From Pseudomonadota bacterium (GTDB lineage Archaea; Thermoplasmatota; SW-10-69-26; JACQPN01; JAJPHT01), in NCBI GenBank assembly GCA_021325135.1, contig JAJPHT010000037.1, positions 1 to 60,947 of the forward strand: a DNA stretch of 60,947 nucleotides, given 5' to 3'. The position numbers and the translations under genes are program-made. Positions 19,638 through 28,948 of the stretch are shown here, piece after piece (the stretch's first letter is position 1; each line of letters starts with the position of its first letter). The notes under the pieces were generated by a model. That model saw only the letters and a program-made list of their open reading frames with translations, was not told where the DNA came from and made no database searches.

Positions 19638-19712
19638 CCGGACGCATCCCCCCGACCTGAATGCTTCGGCCACGGCGGCGGTTCCAAGCAGGGCCGCGGC
19701 GCTGGCCGGGGC

Positions 19713-20159
19713 GTGCGCGTGCGGCTCTCGACCCTCGTCCCCGGCGTCGCCCCGGAGGCGGCCCTGGCGTGGTGGTTCGACTTCCACGAGGGCGCGACGG
19801 ACCACGATTTCCTCGGGGTGGGCGTGCGCCGCCGCATCCTCGCCCGCTCGGAGGCCGAGGTGGAGATGGAGGACCGGGCGCCCCTCTTCCGTGAGCGGGT
19901 CCGCGCGTGGCGGGAGCCTGGCGCGGTCGCCTTCGAGGGATCGAACACGGTCTCGCGATTCCGGGGGGCGTATCGCTTCACGGCCGAGGCGGACGGCACG
20001 CGCATCGCGCTGGACGCCGAGATCGACCTGCGCGGCGCGCTGCGGCTGGGCCTCCCCGTCGCGCGGCCGCTGGCGAGGGCGATCCTCCGGCGCGACCTGG
20101 AGGGGCACGGCGAGGAGATGGCGCGCGAGCTTGGGCAAGCCGGCTCCCAAACGCGTTAA
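19713..20159 (+). CDS. SRPBCC/polyketide-cyclase-like protein
   Basis: PEAALAWWFDF..FRGAYRFTAEADGTRI..C-terminal helix. Confidence 0.7.
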   Translation: MRVRLSTLVPGVAPEAALAWWFDFHEGATDHDFLGVGVRRRILARSEAEVEMEDRAPLFRERVRAWREPGAVAFEGSNTVSRFRGAYRFTAEADGTRIALDAEIDLRGALRLGLPVARPLARAILRRDLEGHGEEMARELGQAGSQTR

Positions 20160-20184
20160 ATAGCGACCCCCCGTGGTGCGGCGC

Positions 20185-21387
20185 GTGTCGTCGCCCCGCG
20201 CCGTCGCGCTCGCGCTCCTTCTCGTCCTCGCCGGGCTCGCCGGCTGCCTCGGCGGCGGGGGCGGCCCCAAGGAGGGCGGCAACGCGACCCTCGCCTCGGC
20301 CGCGCCCACCAAGGCGCTCAACGCCACGGCGGCCAACGCCACCGACGACGGCTCGCAGGCCGCGAACAAGACGCTGGGCTCCGTCCCCCACAACCACGAC
20401 TACTGGAAGGGGCGCGAGCGCGTGACCATCCTCGACGCGGACGAGGCGCTCTCGCCCACCGGCCGCGACTCCTTCATGGCCACCTTCGGCGAGACGCGGC
20501 CCGCCCTGGGCGCCGTCTCCTTCACGCTCCCCGACGGCCAGATCGTCTTCGAGGGCACCGGCAAGATGGAGGTCACCGCGACGTGGAGCGACCCCACCAT
20601 CTCGGGCCTCTCGCTGCGCTATCACGGCGCCGACACCAGGACCTTCACCGACCCCGCGCAGATCTCGTCGGGCGCGCCCCTGGGCTTCGAGGTCAAGGCC
20701 GAGCAGAGCGACGAGCCCCACTCCAGCTCCTCCAAGTGGGCCTTCGTGCTGGAGGCGGGGGCCCCCGGGACACCCGGCGTCGCCAACGGAAACGTCCACG
20801 TGAAGATCGACATCGTGAAGATGCGCAACATCGAGCTCTTCCCCGCGCACCCCGACTACTTCGCGCAGAAGCCCTACGTCAAGCTGATGGACAAGGACGT
20901 GGACGTGAAGGGCAACGGCATGGCGGAGGACCTCCAGGCCCTCGCGAGCCGCGACGACGCGCCGCCCGGCTTCGCGCCCGACCACGTCGTCCCCATGGAG
21001 ACGAAGACGATCCTCGTCAAGTTCGACGTGAAGAGCGTCACCTCGCAGAACCCCACGGCGGACCTCTCGAAGTTCTACTTCCTTTACCGCGCCGCGGACA
21101 CCGCGTTCCGCTACCGCCCCGCCAACGTGTCGGGCCATGAGGAGAAGGCCGTGCTCTACAAGATCCCCGTGGGTCAGGGGCAGGGCGACGCGTTCTACGC
21201 CAAGACGAGCCAGTGGCTCTTCTACCCCTACTTCCAGGACAACGCGCAGGGCGCGCAGGTGCCCCTGCCTTGCCCTCCCTTCGGCGAGTGCTTCTCCTGG
21301 GAGATCCAGGGGCACGTCACCGCCTACGCGTTCAACTCTGACGTGGGCCCCGAGGCCTTGGCCAAGGCGATGGCGGGAACCCTCTAG
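20185..21387 (+). CDS. Lipoprotein with tandem duplicated domain
   Basis: LAGC lipobox; TATA-like ttaaata (20156-20162) favours GTG at 20185; two internal repeats. Confidence 0.82.
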   Translation: MSSPRAVALALLLVLAGLAGCLGGGGGPKEGGNATLASAAPTKALNATAANATDDGSQAANKTLGSVPHNHDYWKGRERVTILDADEALSPTGRDSFMATFGETRPALGAVSFTLPDGQIVFEGTGKMEVTATWSDPTISGLSLRYHGADTRTFTDPAQISSGAPLGFEVKAEQSDEPHSSSSKWAFVLEAGAPGTPGVANGNVHVKIDIVKMRNIELFPAHPDYFAQKPYVKLMDKDVDVKGNGMAEDLQALASRDDAPPGFAPDHVVPMETKTILVKFDVKSVTSQNPTADLSKFYFLYRAADTAFRYRPANVSGHEEKAVLYKIPVGQGQGDAFYAKTSQWLFYPYFQDNAQGAQVPLPCPPFGECFSWEIQGHVTAYAFNSDVGPEALAKAMAGTL

Positions 21388-23177
21388 GAGCAGCCGCCCG
21401 CCAGGGCGGGCGAGACGGGCCCCGCGCCGTCGTCGGCGCAGTCCACGTCGCGAAGCTGGTACGCGTCGCCCACGGCCGCGCCCAGCGCGTCGCCCGAGAA
21501 GCGGTTGCGGAGCCGGCTCCCCCAGTCGGCCGGGTCGCAGTCCCAGCCATCCTGCACGCCCGCGTTGCGGCCGATGCCCGACTGGCAGGCCTCCTCGCCG
21601 TAGAAGCCCAGGCCTCCGGGGAGCGAGACGCCCACGAGGCTCGTGCGCGCGTAGAAGGTGAGGTGGCGCGCGGCGGGGGGCTGCGTGTCGCCCCGCGTCA
21701 AGGTCTTGGGACCCAGGAGCGGCTCCGACGCGGAGTGCCAGCCGGGGCCCTGCCCGTTGACGTCGCGCAGCGCGGCGAGGCCGCCGTCCTGGAGGCTGAG
21801 GCCGTGGCCGACGAGGTCGCCCACGCCGGGGAATCCCAGGTTGCCCTGGGGGATCGTGCCGCCCTCCTGGTTGGAGACGCCCATCTGCTGGAAGTCGAAG
21901 GCGAAGTCGTTCTGGCGGCGCCCGTCGCTGGGCGAGACGCCGCGGTCGTCCGACTCGGGGAGCGGGAGCTTGCCCGTGAGGGGGCCGGGGCCGAGGCCGA
22001 GCATGGGCACGACGTCGCGGTGGGGATCGCACTGCTCGACGAGGCCCACCTCCGCGTCCTGCGCGGAGTCCAGGAAGGAGCCTCCGGCGTCGGGGGCTCC
22101 GGGGGAGGCGGGAGCCGGCGCGGCGGCGTAGGTCCCGTCCGCGTCGGTGAGGTCGCGGTGGAACGTGGGCGGGCCGCCGTTGGGGTCGTCGTCGAACACG
22201 GCGACCTGGGCGATGCCCTCGACGCCCTTGGAGCCGGAGAGGACGTAGCCGTCGCTGGCGGGCTCGGGGTCGGCCACGTCCACGGAGCGGTGCCCCTGAG
22301 GGTCCTTGACCGCGGTGGCGCGGGGCTGCGTGCAGTCCCACACCGTGAAGGCCGGGCGGTCGGCGTCGCGCTCCAGCAGGCCCGTGCGCGGGCCGCCGGG
22401 CGCGGAGGGGTCGCCGAAGGGGCTGACGGGGAGGTGCTGGTCCAGGGGGTTCGCCGAGCGCTCGGGGTGCTCCGGGTCGGAGAAGCCCAAGGCCGAGGCC
22501 ACGGCGTGCTGGTCGAAGCAGTCGGCGAACGCCAGCGCGCCGCCCGTGCTGGAGGTCGTGCCGCGGGGGAGCGGCCACGCCGCGCACGAGGGCTCGGGCG
22601 AGGAGCCGGGAAGCCCGTTGTCGCCCCACACGCGGGCGGTGGTGTCGTTGAGGAGCCCCGGGATCACGTAGGTGATGTCGCCGGGGTTGGGGGACCACGT
22701 CTGCGGCCCGATCCAGAGCAGCTCGTGGATCCAGTCGTCGTTGTTCCAGAGCGAGTGCGGCGGGCACGCGGCCGATGAGGTGCCCAGCGTGGGGTTGGCC
22801 GTGGCGCCCAGGAAGGTGTTGCTGGGCGCCGGGTAGTCCAGCAGCGCGCCGTCCAGCGCGCCCAGGTAGCCATCGCCATTGCAGTCGCGCCACACGCCCA
22901 GGTAGGCGGTGTAGGAGGTGGAAGGGGGGGCCAGGCGCGCGCCGACGCCCAGGGTGGCGTCGTTGGGGTTCTGGCCCGTGCTGGAGGCCTCGGGCACGAC
23001 GTCGAAGAAGACCTGGAGCCCGGAGAGGGTCCCGGTGGCGTCGGGCCACATGAAGCCGTCGTCGCGGTCGGCCGCGGTGCTGGGCTCGGAGTCCCCGTGG
23101 AAGGTCCACGCGGACGCGGGGCCCGCCACCAGGAGCAGGACCAGGCCTGCCGCGACGAGGGCGCGCACTCGGCTCAC
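21384..23177 (-). CDS. Secreted acidic Cys/Gly/Asp-rich protein of unknown function
   Basis: Signal peptide (ASA); WRDCNGDGYLG Ca-binding-like motif; many Cys. Confidence 0.8.
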   Translation of the reverse strand: MSRVRALVAAGLVLLLVAGPASAWTFHGDSEPSTAADRDDGFMWPDATGTLSGLQVFFDVVPEASSTGQNPNDATLGVGARLAPPSTSYTAYLGVWRDCNGDGYLGALDGALLDYPAPSNTFLGATANPTLGTSSAACPPHSLWNNDDWIHELLWIGPQTWSPNPGDITYVIPGLLNDTTARVWGDNGLPGSSPEPSCAAWPLPRGTTSSTGGALAFADCFDQHAVASALGFSDPEHPERSANPLDQHLPVSPFGDPSAPGGPRTGLLERDADRPAFTVWDCTQPRATAVKDPQGHRSVDVADPEPASDGYVLSGSKGVEGIAQVAVFDDDPNGGPPTFHRDLTDADGTYAAAPAPASPGAPDAGGSFLDSAQDAEVGLVEQCDPHRDVVPMLGLGPGPLTGKLPLPESDDRGVSPSDGRRQNDFAFDFQQMGVSNQEGGTIPQGNLGFPGVGDLVGHGLSLQDGGLAALRDVNGQGPGWHSASEPLLGPKTLTRGDTQPPAARHLTFYARTSLVGVSLPGGLGFYGEEACQSGIGRNAGVQDGWDCDPADWGSRLRNRFSGDALGAAVGDAYQLRDVDCADDGAGPVSPALAGGCS

Positions 23178-23181
23178 CGGC

Positions 23182-23736
23182 TCAGTAGACCGTCGTGTCC
23201 GTGCAGTTGGGGTACGCGGCGGGGCAGGTGCCGGGGGGGTAGGCGGTCACGGTGACCTCGAAGCCCGCGCCCTCCTTGGCGTCGACGAAGACCTTCAGGC
23301 CGCTGTTGTCGGCGCCGAAGTCCGGGACGAGGCAGGCCGCGTCGGCCTGGGGCGTGGAGCCGTCGCAGTGATCGGGGCGGGCGGGCGTCGCGTCCTGGCT
23401 GTCGACGTGCGTGCCGGCCGCGGTGTAGTAGTGGATGTCCAGGTCGTAGGCGGCGGTCTCGTAGGCGTTGTCCAGGTGGGCGACGAGGAACCAGTTGGCG
23501 CCGGGGGACGCGAAGATGAAAGAGTCGATGCCGGACTGCTTGGTGTTCGCGCCGAGGGTGCCCAGGGGGAAGGCGGCGGTGAAGCAGCCGTGGTAGGTGA
23601 TGCTGCCGTCCGCGTTGGTCGTGCCGGTGGCGGCGCCCGCGCTGGGGGTGCAGACGTTGACGTCCGCGTCCGCGGGGGCCATGAGGAAGGGCGTGAAGGC
23701 GAGGGTGAGGGTGGCGAGGACGGCGAGGGTCTTCAT
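23182..23736 (-). CDS. Secreted Cys-containing hypothetical protein
   Basis: MKTLAVL..ADA signal peptide; SD-like ggagg upstream. Confidence 0.78.
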   Translation of the reverse strand: MKTLAVLATLTLAFTPFLMAPADADVNVCTPSAGAATGTTNADGSITYHGCFTAAFPLGTLGANTKQSGIDSFIFASPGANWFLVAHLDNAYETAAYDLDIHYYTAAGTHVDSQDATPARPDHCDGSTPQADAACLVPDFGADNSGLKVFVDAKEGAGFEVTVTAYPPGTCPAAYPNCTDTTVY

Positions 23737-23972
23737 GCGGTGAGCCTCCAGGAAGCGTGTGCTCCCCTGCGAGCCCGCGACGCCCTGGCATCGTATCAAT
23801 GTTCGTCGAAAACTGAGGAAACCGACAGGCGTTTCCTAGAGATGGCGTTGCCCAATCGCGGCGTCCCCGGGAGGGGCAACAGCCTGTCACTTCGCGCAAC
23901 GAGGCGCGTCGAGGATCGCGGAAGAGGCCCAGGCGGCGAAGCCTTCTTCGGGGAGCACCCGCATCGGCGGCC

Positions 23973-24257
23973 GTGGCTCTTGACGCCGCGCCGGCGGTCA
24001 TCGCGGGGATCGTGGGCACCGTCTGCACCCTGCTCGCCTTCGCGTCGTGGCGCGCCCTCGTGCGCACGGGGAACCGCGGCATCTACTGGGTCATGGCGGC
24101 CTTCACCCTGCTCGCGCTGAAGAGCTTCGTCAAGGCCTTCACGCTGGGCACCTCGGGCGAGACCGAAACCACGGAGCTTCTCTTCAGCCTCGCCGACCTG
24201 GGCGCGGTGGGCCTCTTCGCGTGGCCGCTGCTGCGCAACGTGGGGGTGCCGCGCTGA
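23973..24257 (+). CDS. Small 3-TM membrane protein
   Basis: Three hydrophobic helices; stop overlaps next gene. Confidence 0.72.
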   Translation: MALDAAPAVIAGIVGTVCTLLAFASWRALVRTGNRGIYWVMAAFTLLALKSFVKAFTLGTSGETETTELLFSLADLGAVGLFAWPLLRNVGVPR

Positions 24258-24775
24258 ACCGGCCCAGCCTCCGCGAGGAGATCCGCTCCTTCGTCGCGCG
24301 CTACCCCGGCGTCCACCCCCGCGAGGTGGAGCGCCAGATGGGGCTCGCGAACCGCCTCGCCTCCTACCATCTCGACGCGCTGACGCGGGAGGGCGTCCTG
24401 GAGCGCGTCGACGAGGGGGGCTACGCCCGCTACTTCGAGCGCTCCGCCGCCGGCCGCCTCTCGCCGCGCGACCTCTCCTTCATCTGCCTCATGCGCCACC
24501 CGCCCGCGCTCCAGGTCGTGCTCCTGCTCCTCTCGGAGCGCGAGCTGACGCCCAGCGCCATGAGCGACCGGCTCGCCCTGGCGCGCCCCTCGGTGAGCTA
24601 TCACCTCAAGGAGCTGCTTCAGCAGGAGGTCCTTGCCGTGCGCGAGGAGGGGCGCGAGCGGCGCTACTCGCTGCGCGACGCGGCGTTCGTGCGGCGCGCC
24701 CTCGCCTCGTTCCACCCGCTTCCCGGCGACCTCGACGCGTTCTCCTCGCTGTGGGACGACCTCGTCGGGCATTGA
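24254..24775 (+). CDS. Tandem winged-HTH transcriptional regulator (ArsR-like, archaeal type)
   Basis: REEIRSFVARYPGVH.RE..YHL and second HTH LARPSVSYHLKEL..EGRERRY; probable CTG start. Confidence 0.85.
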   Translation: MNRPSLREEIRSFVARYPGVHPREVERQMGLANRLASYHLDALTREGVLERVDEGGYARYFERSAAGRLSPRDLSFICLMRHPPALQVVLLLLSERELTPSAMSDRLALARPSVSYHLKELLQQEVLAVREEGRERRYSLRDAAFVRRALASFHPLPGDLDAFSSLWDDLVGH

Positions 24776-24777
24776 CG

Positions 24778-26001
24778 TCAGCCGGCCATCACGGCCACGC
24801 CCATGTCGGTGTGGCCGATGCCGCAATATTCCGCGCACTGGCCCGTCCAATTCCCCGCGCGCAGCACCGTGAAGGCCGCGGAGTTCACGCGGCCGGGGAT
24901 CGCGTTCACCTGCACGCCCAGGTCGGGCACGAAGAGGCTGTGCGCCACGTCGCGCGACGTCACGTCCACGGCCACCTCGCGCCCCACCGGCACGCGCAGC
25001 ACGTCGAGGCTGGTGGAGTTGTCGGGGTACGCGAAGGACCAGCCCCATTGCATCGCCGTCGCCTTGACGTGGAAGGCGCCAAGGGCAGGCGGCGCGTCGA
25101 TCGTGCGCTGCGCGCCGAGGCTCAGCCCCGCCAGCGCGAGGAGGAGGCCCAGGAGCGCGGCGGTCCACGCGACGTTGATCGCGCGGCGCTTCGAGGGCGA
25201 GGGCGCTTCCCCCGGCTGCGCGCCCGGCCGCCAGCGGTAGCGCGCCGCGAAGGCGACCAGCAGGACGAGGAACGCGCCCGCCACGATCGCGGCCGCGACG
25301 TTGAACACCCAGTAGAGCCGGTGCACGAGGTCCCCCACGTCGGAGGCGCCGCTGGCCAGGTCGCCCACCGCCAGCGCGGGGGGCAGCGCGGCCGTCCACG
25401 CGCGGGCGCGCGGCGCCAGCGATGCGAGCGCGACCACCGGCACCGCGAGGTCCAGGAGCGTCGCGAGAAGGCTCGTGGGGTTGGAGGGCGCGACGGCGAG
25501 CCCCGCCGCGGCGGCCATGGCGAGGGGCGGCGCGAGGCACGCGGGGCACGCGGAGACGAGGAGGCCGCCCGCGAGGGGCGCGCGCCGCGAGGCCCGCAGC
25601 GCCATGGCGAGGAGAAGCGCCGTCGCGGCCAGGAGCGCGGCGCGTCCCAGGGGGAGCGCCAGGCGGACGCCGAGGCCGGGCCACTCCACCGCGAGCGCGG
25701 GCCACGTCGTCATGGGGCCGTAGGCGGGCGTCCACGCGACGGAAAGCCCTCCTGAAGCGGGCGCGAAGAAGGTAATCACGCGCTGCGCGAAGGCCAGGCC
25801 CAGCGCCACGAGCACGGCCAGCGGCGCGACGCCCTTCGCGCGCTCCCACGGCGTGGCCGCCAGCAGCGCCACGAGGAAGAGCGCGAAGAGAAGGGCCTCC
25901 GCCGCCTGCGCGGGCGCCGTGGGCAGAGAACGCGCGAGGTCCGCCGCGCGCACCAGCGCGCACGCCAGCGCGAGGAGCGCGGCGGGCAGGATCGTCCTCA
26001 C
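24778..26001 (-). CDS. coxB: Cytochrome c oxidase subunit II (CuA) with extra N-terminal membrane domain
   Basis: QWGWSF.Y, DVAHS, CAEYCGIGHTDM CuA ligands. Confidence 0.9.
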   Translation of the reverse strand: MRTILPAALLALACALVRAADLARSLPTAPAQAAEALLFALFLVALLAATPWERAKGVAPLAVLVALGLAFAQRVITFFAPASGGLSVAWTPAYGPMTTWPALAVEWPGLGVRLALPLGRAALLAATALLLAMALRASRRAPLAGGLLVSACPACLAPPLAMAAAAGLAVAPSNPTSLLATLLDLAVPVVALASLAPRARAWTAALPPALAVGDLASGASDVGDLVHRLYWVFNVAAAIVAGAFLVLLVAFAARYRWRPGAQPGEAPSPSKRRAINVAWTAALLGLLLALAGLSLGAQRTIDAPPALGAFHVKATAMQWGWSFAYPDNSTSLDVLRVPVGREVAVDVTSRDVAHSLFVPDLGVQVNAIPGRVNSAAFTVLRAGNWTGQCAEYCGIGHTDMGVAVMAG

Positions 26002-26471
26002 CCGCGGCGCCTCCACGCGGCGGCCGCGCCAGCCGCCAGGACGAGCCACGCGGGGTCGGGCACGAGGTCGCGCCGCGTCGAGGCCGAGAGGACGTCGCGC
26101 GAGGCGGGCGCGCCGCCCACGGAGATGGCGCCCGCCATGCCCACGGGCCGGTGGAGCGCGCACCAGTAGCCGGTGGCGGTCGCGTTGGCGGGCGCGCGGA
26201 ACGACAGCGTCGCCGTCCCGTTGGGATCGACGAGCCCCGTGCCCACGCCGATGGGATCGCCCAGCTGGAGGGAGTGGGGCCGGTCGCCCTCGTTGGTGAA
26301 CGTGATGGTCACGTCCTCGCCCGGCGTGAGGTTGAGTTGCGGGTCCCTGCCTTCGAGCCCGTCCACGGTGAACCAGAACGGGTGCTCGTTGCGCGAGCCC
26401 GGCGCGCCCACGTTGTGCGCGACCACGTGGAACGACGCCGCGAGGAGGACCGCGAGGCGCAGCGTCAGCAT
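25998..26471 (-). CDS. Cupredoxin (blue copper, halocyanin/plastocyanin-like) protein with C-terminal anchor
   Basis: NEGDRPHS and YWCALHRPVGM type-1 Cu ligands (H, C, H, M). Confidence 0.85.
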   Translation of the reverse strand: MLTLRLAVLLAASFHVVAHNVGAPGSRNEHPFWFTVDGLEGRDPQLNLTPGEDVTITFTNEGDRPHSLQLGDPIGVGTGLVDPNGTATLSFRAPANATATGYWCALHRPVGMAGAISVGGAPASRDVLSASTRRDLVPDPAWLVLAAGAAAAWRRRG

Positions 26472-26584
26472 GGCTCCGGCCTCGACGCCGGCCGCCGTGC
26501 TTGGCCTCTTTCGCACGATCTTTGGAGCGCCCGGCGGCGCGAGGCGCCAATCCTTTGGTCCCCCGGCGCCCTGCGCAGGGGCGC

Positions 26585-28201
26585 ATGTCCTTCCCGCCCG
26601 CGACGCGAGGGCAGCGACGCACGCGCGGAGGCGAGGCGGCGGGCGGCCGCTTCCTGCGCTTCCTCCGGTGGGCCCGGTCGTGGCTCCTCACCACGAACCA
26701 CAAGCGCATCGGCATCCTCTACCTCATCGTCGTCTTCGTCTGGTTCCTCTTCGCGGGGCTCGACGGGCTCGCCATGCGCGCGGAGCTGGCGACGCCGCAG
26801 ACGGACCTCTTCCAGCCCGACCTCTACGACGGCCTCTTCACGGTCCACGGCACGCAGATGCTCTTCCTCTTCGCGATCCCCATCTTCTCGGGGTTCGGCA
26901 ACGCGTTCGTGCCCAAGATGGTGGGCGCCAAGGACATGGCGTTCCCCCGCCTCAACGCGCTCTCCTTCTGGCTCATCTTCTGGGCCGGCATCGTGCTGCG
27001 CCTGCCGCTCTACGCGCGCCTCTTCCCCACCGAGGGGTGGACCAGCTACGCGCCGCTTTCGCTCACGCCCTTCTCGTCGACGACAGGCGAGGACTGGTGG
27101 ATCGTCGCGGTCTTCCTGGAGACCGTCGCCTCCACGCTGGCGGCCGTGAACTTCCTCGTGACCATCCAGCGCGAGCGGCGCAAGGGCGTGCGCTACTTCT
27201 CGCTGCCCGTCTTCGCGTGGGGCGTCATCACGGCCTCGCTCCTCGCGGTGGTCGCGGGGCCCTTCCTCCTGGGCGCCCTTGCGATGCTCTTCTTCGACCG
27301 CTGGTACGGCACGTCCTTCTTCGACCCGAGCCTCCCCAACGGCACGCTCCTCTGGCAGCACATCTTCTGGTTCTACTCGCACCCTGCGACGTACATCATG
27401 GTGCTCCCCGCGTTCGGCATCATGGGCGAGGTCATCCCCCTCTTCGCCGGAAAGCCCCTGTTCAGCTACCGCTGGGTCGTCTGGTCGCTCCTGGGCACGA
27501 CGCTCGTCTCCGCCACCGTGTTCTGGCACCACATGTTCGTCACGGGCCAGGAGGAGGCGTACAGCACGTTCTCCAGCGTGACGACGTTCCTCGTGAGCGT
27601 CCCCACGGGCGTCCTGTTCCTCAACTACCTCGCGACGCTCTGGCGCGGGACGATCCGCTTCGCGACGCCCATGCTCTTCGCCCTGGGCATCCTCGCCCTC
27701 TTCACCGTCGGGGGCGCGGACGGGCTCTACCTCGCGTCGATCCCCCTGGACCGCGCGCTCCACAGCACGTACTGGCTCATCGGCCACATCCACTTCGTCC
27801 TCTTCGGGGGCAGCGCCATGGGCGCCTTCGCGGGCCTCTACTACTGGTTCCCCGACCTGTGGGGCCGCAGGCTGGACGAGCGCTGGGGCCGCGTCCACTT
27901 CTGGGGCACGCTCGTGGGCGTGGTCCTGACGTTCTTCCCCATGCACTTCCTGGGCACGGAGGGGATGGTGCGGCGTGTGATATCATATCCCCCGGGCCTC
28001 TTCGACCTCAACGCGATCTCCACCTTGGGCGCCGTCCTCACCGGCCTCGCGCAGGTCGTCCTCCTGGGGAACGTGCTCTACACGCTCTTCCGGCCGCTGC
28101 GCGCGGACGACGTGCCGTGGGGAGCGCCGCTCCGCGCCGACGACCAGCTTGCCGCGCCCGTCGCGCTGGAGCCCACGTCCGTCGCAGGAGGCTCGGGGTA
28201 G
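26585..28201 (+). CDS. coxA: Heme-copper oxidase subunit I (A2-like)
   Basis: HKRIGILY, TVHG, DMAFPRLN, WFYSHPATY, WHHMF, HIH, GMVRR. Confidence 0.95.
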   Translation: MSFPPATRGQRRTRGGEAAGGRFLRFLRWARSWLLTTNHKRIGILYLIVVFVWFLFAGLDGLAMRAELATPQTDLFQPDLYDGLFTVHGTQMLFLFAIPIFSGFGNAFVPKMVGAKDMAFPRLNALSFWLIFWAGIVLRLPLYARLFPTEGWTSYAPLSLTPFSSTTGEDWWIVAVFLETVASTLAAVNFLVTIQRERRKGVRYFSLPVFAWGVITASLLAVVAGPFLLGALAMLFFDRWYGTSFFDPSLPNGTLLWQHIFWFYSHPATYIMVLPAFGIMGEVIPLFAGKPLFSYRWVVWSLLGTTLVSATVFWHHMFVTGQEEAYSTFSSVTTFLVSVPTGVLFLNYLATLWRGTIRFATPMLFALGILALFTVGGADGLYLASIPLDRALHSTYWLIGHIHFVLFGGSAMGAFAGLYYWFPDLWGRRLDERWGRVHFWGTLVGVVLTFFPMHFLGTEGMVRRVISYPPGLFDLNAISTLGAVLTGLAQVVLLGNVLYTLFRPLRADDVPWGAPLRADDQLAAPVALEPTSVAGGSG

Positions 28202-28948
28202 ATGCAGGTCGAGATCGCGAAGGTGCCCGAGAGCCCCTCCGTCGCGGAGGAGACGAGCGTCTGGCCCTTCCTCTTCGGCCTCGCGCTCACGGCGTTCCTC
28301 GGCGGGCTCCCCGTCTCGCGCCCGTTCGCGCTCTCGGGCTTCGCGCTCCTCCTCGCCTCCGCCGTGGGCTGGACGTGGAGCAACGTCCTCCGCCCGCCGC
28401 CCGAGGAGGGCGAGATCGGAGGGCGCAGCCGCCTCTGGTGGGGCATGGTCCTCCTCATCGTGAGCGAGGCGGGACTCTTCCTCTCCGGCCTCCTCGCCCT
28501 CACGGCGCACCCCGAGGCCTTCGCGCGGGACCTCAACCGGCCCCTCACCCTCGGAGCCTCCCTCGTCCTCTGGAGCAGCGGCTTCGTGGGCGGCTGGGCC
28601 GTGAAGAGGATGGACCGCCGGGGGCGCTTCACGGGAGGCCTCGCGGCGACGATCGCGCTGGGCCTCCTCTTCGTGGGCTATCAGGCGTTCGAGTACCGCC
28701 GGCTCTACGCCGAGGGGTTCACGCTCCAAAGCGGCGGGCAGGGCTCCATCTTCTACTTCCTCACGGGCCTGCACGGCGCGCACGTCGTGGGCGGGCTCGC
28801 CATGCTCGGCGCGATCCTCGGGCTCGCGCTCGCGCGACGGATCGGCCCTTCGCGCGCGCCCGCGGTGCGCGCCGTCATGCTCTACTGGCACTTCGTCGAC
28901 GCGGTGTGGGTCGTCCTCTACGCCGTGCTCTACCTCAGGCTCTTCTGA
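28202..28948 (+). CDS. coxC: Cytochrome c oxidase subunit III
   Basis: IVSE, FYFLTGLHGAHV, YWHFVDAVW. Confidence 0.93.
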   Translation: MQVEIAKVPESPSVAEETSVWPFLFGLALTAFLGGLPVSRPFALSGFALLLASAVGWTWSNVLRPPPEEGEIGGRSRLWWGMVLLIVSEAGLFLSGLLALTAHPEAFARDLNRPLTLGASLVLWSSGFVGGWAVKRMDRRGRFTGGLAATIALGLLFVGYQAFEYRRLYAEGFTLQSGGQGSIFYFLTGLHGAHVVGGLAMLGAILGLALARRIGPSRAPAVRAVMLYWHFVDAVWVVLYAVLYLRLF

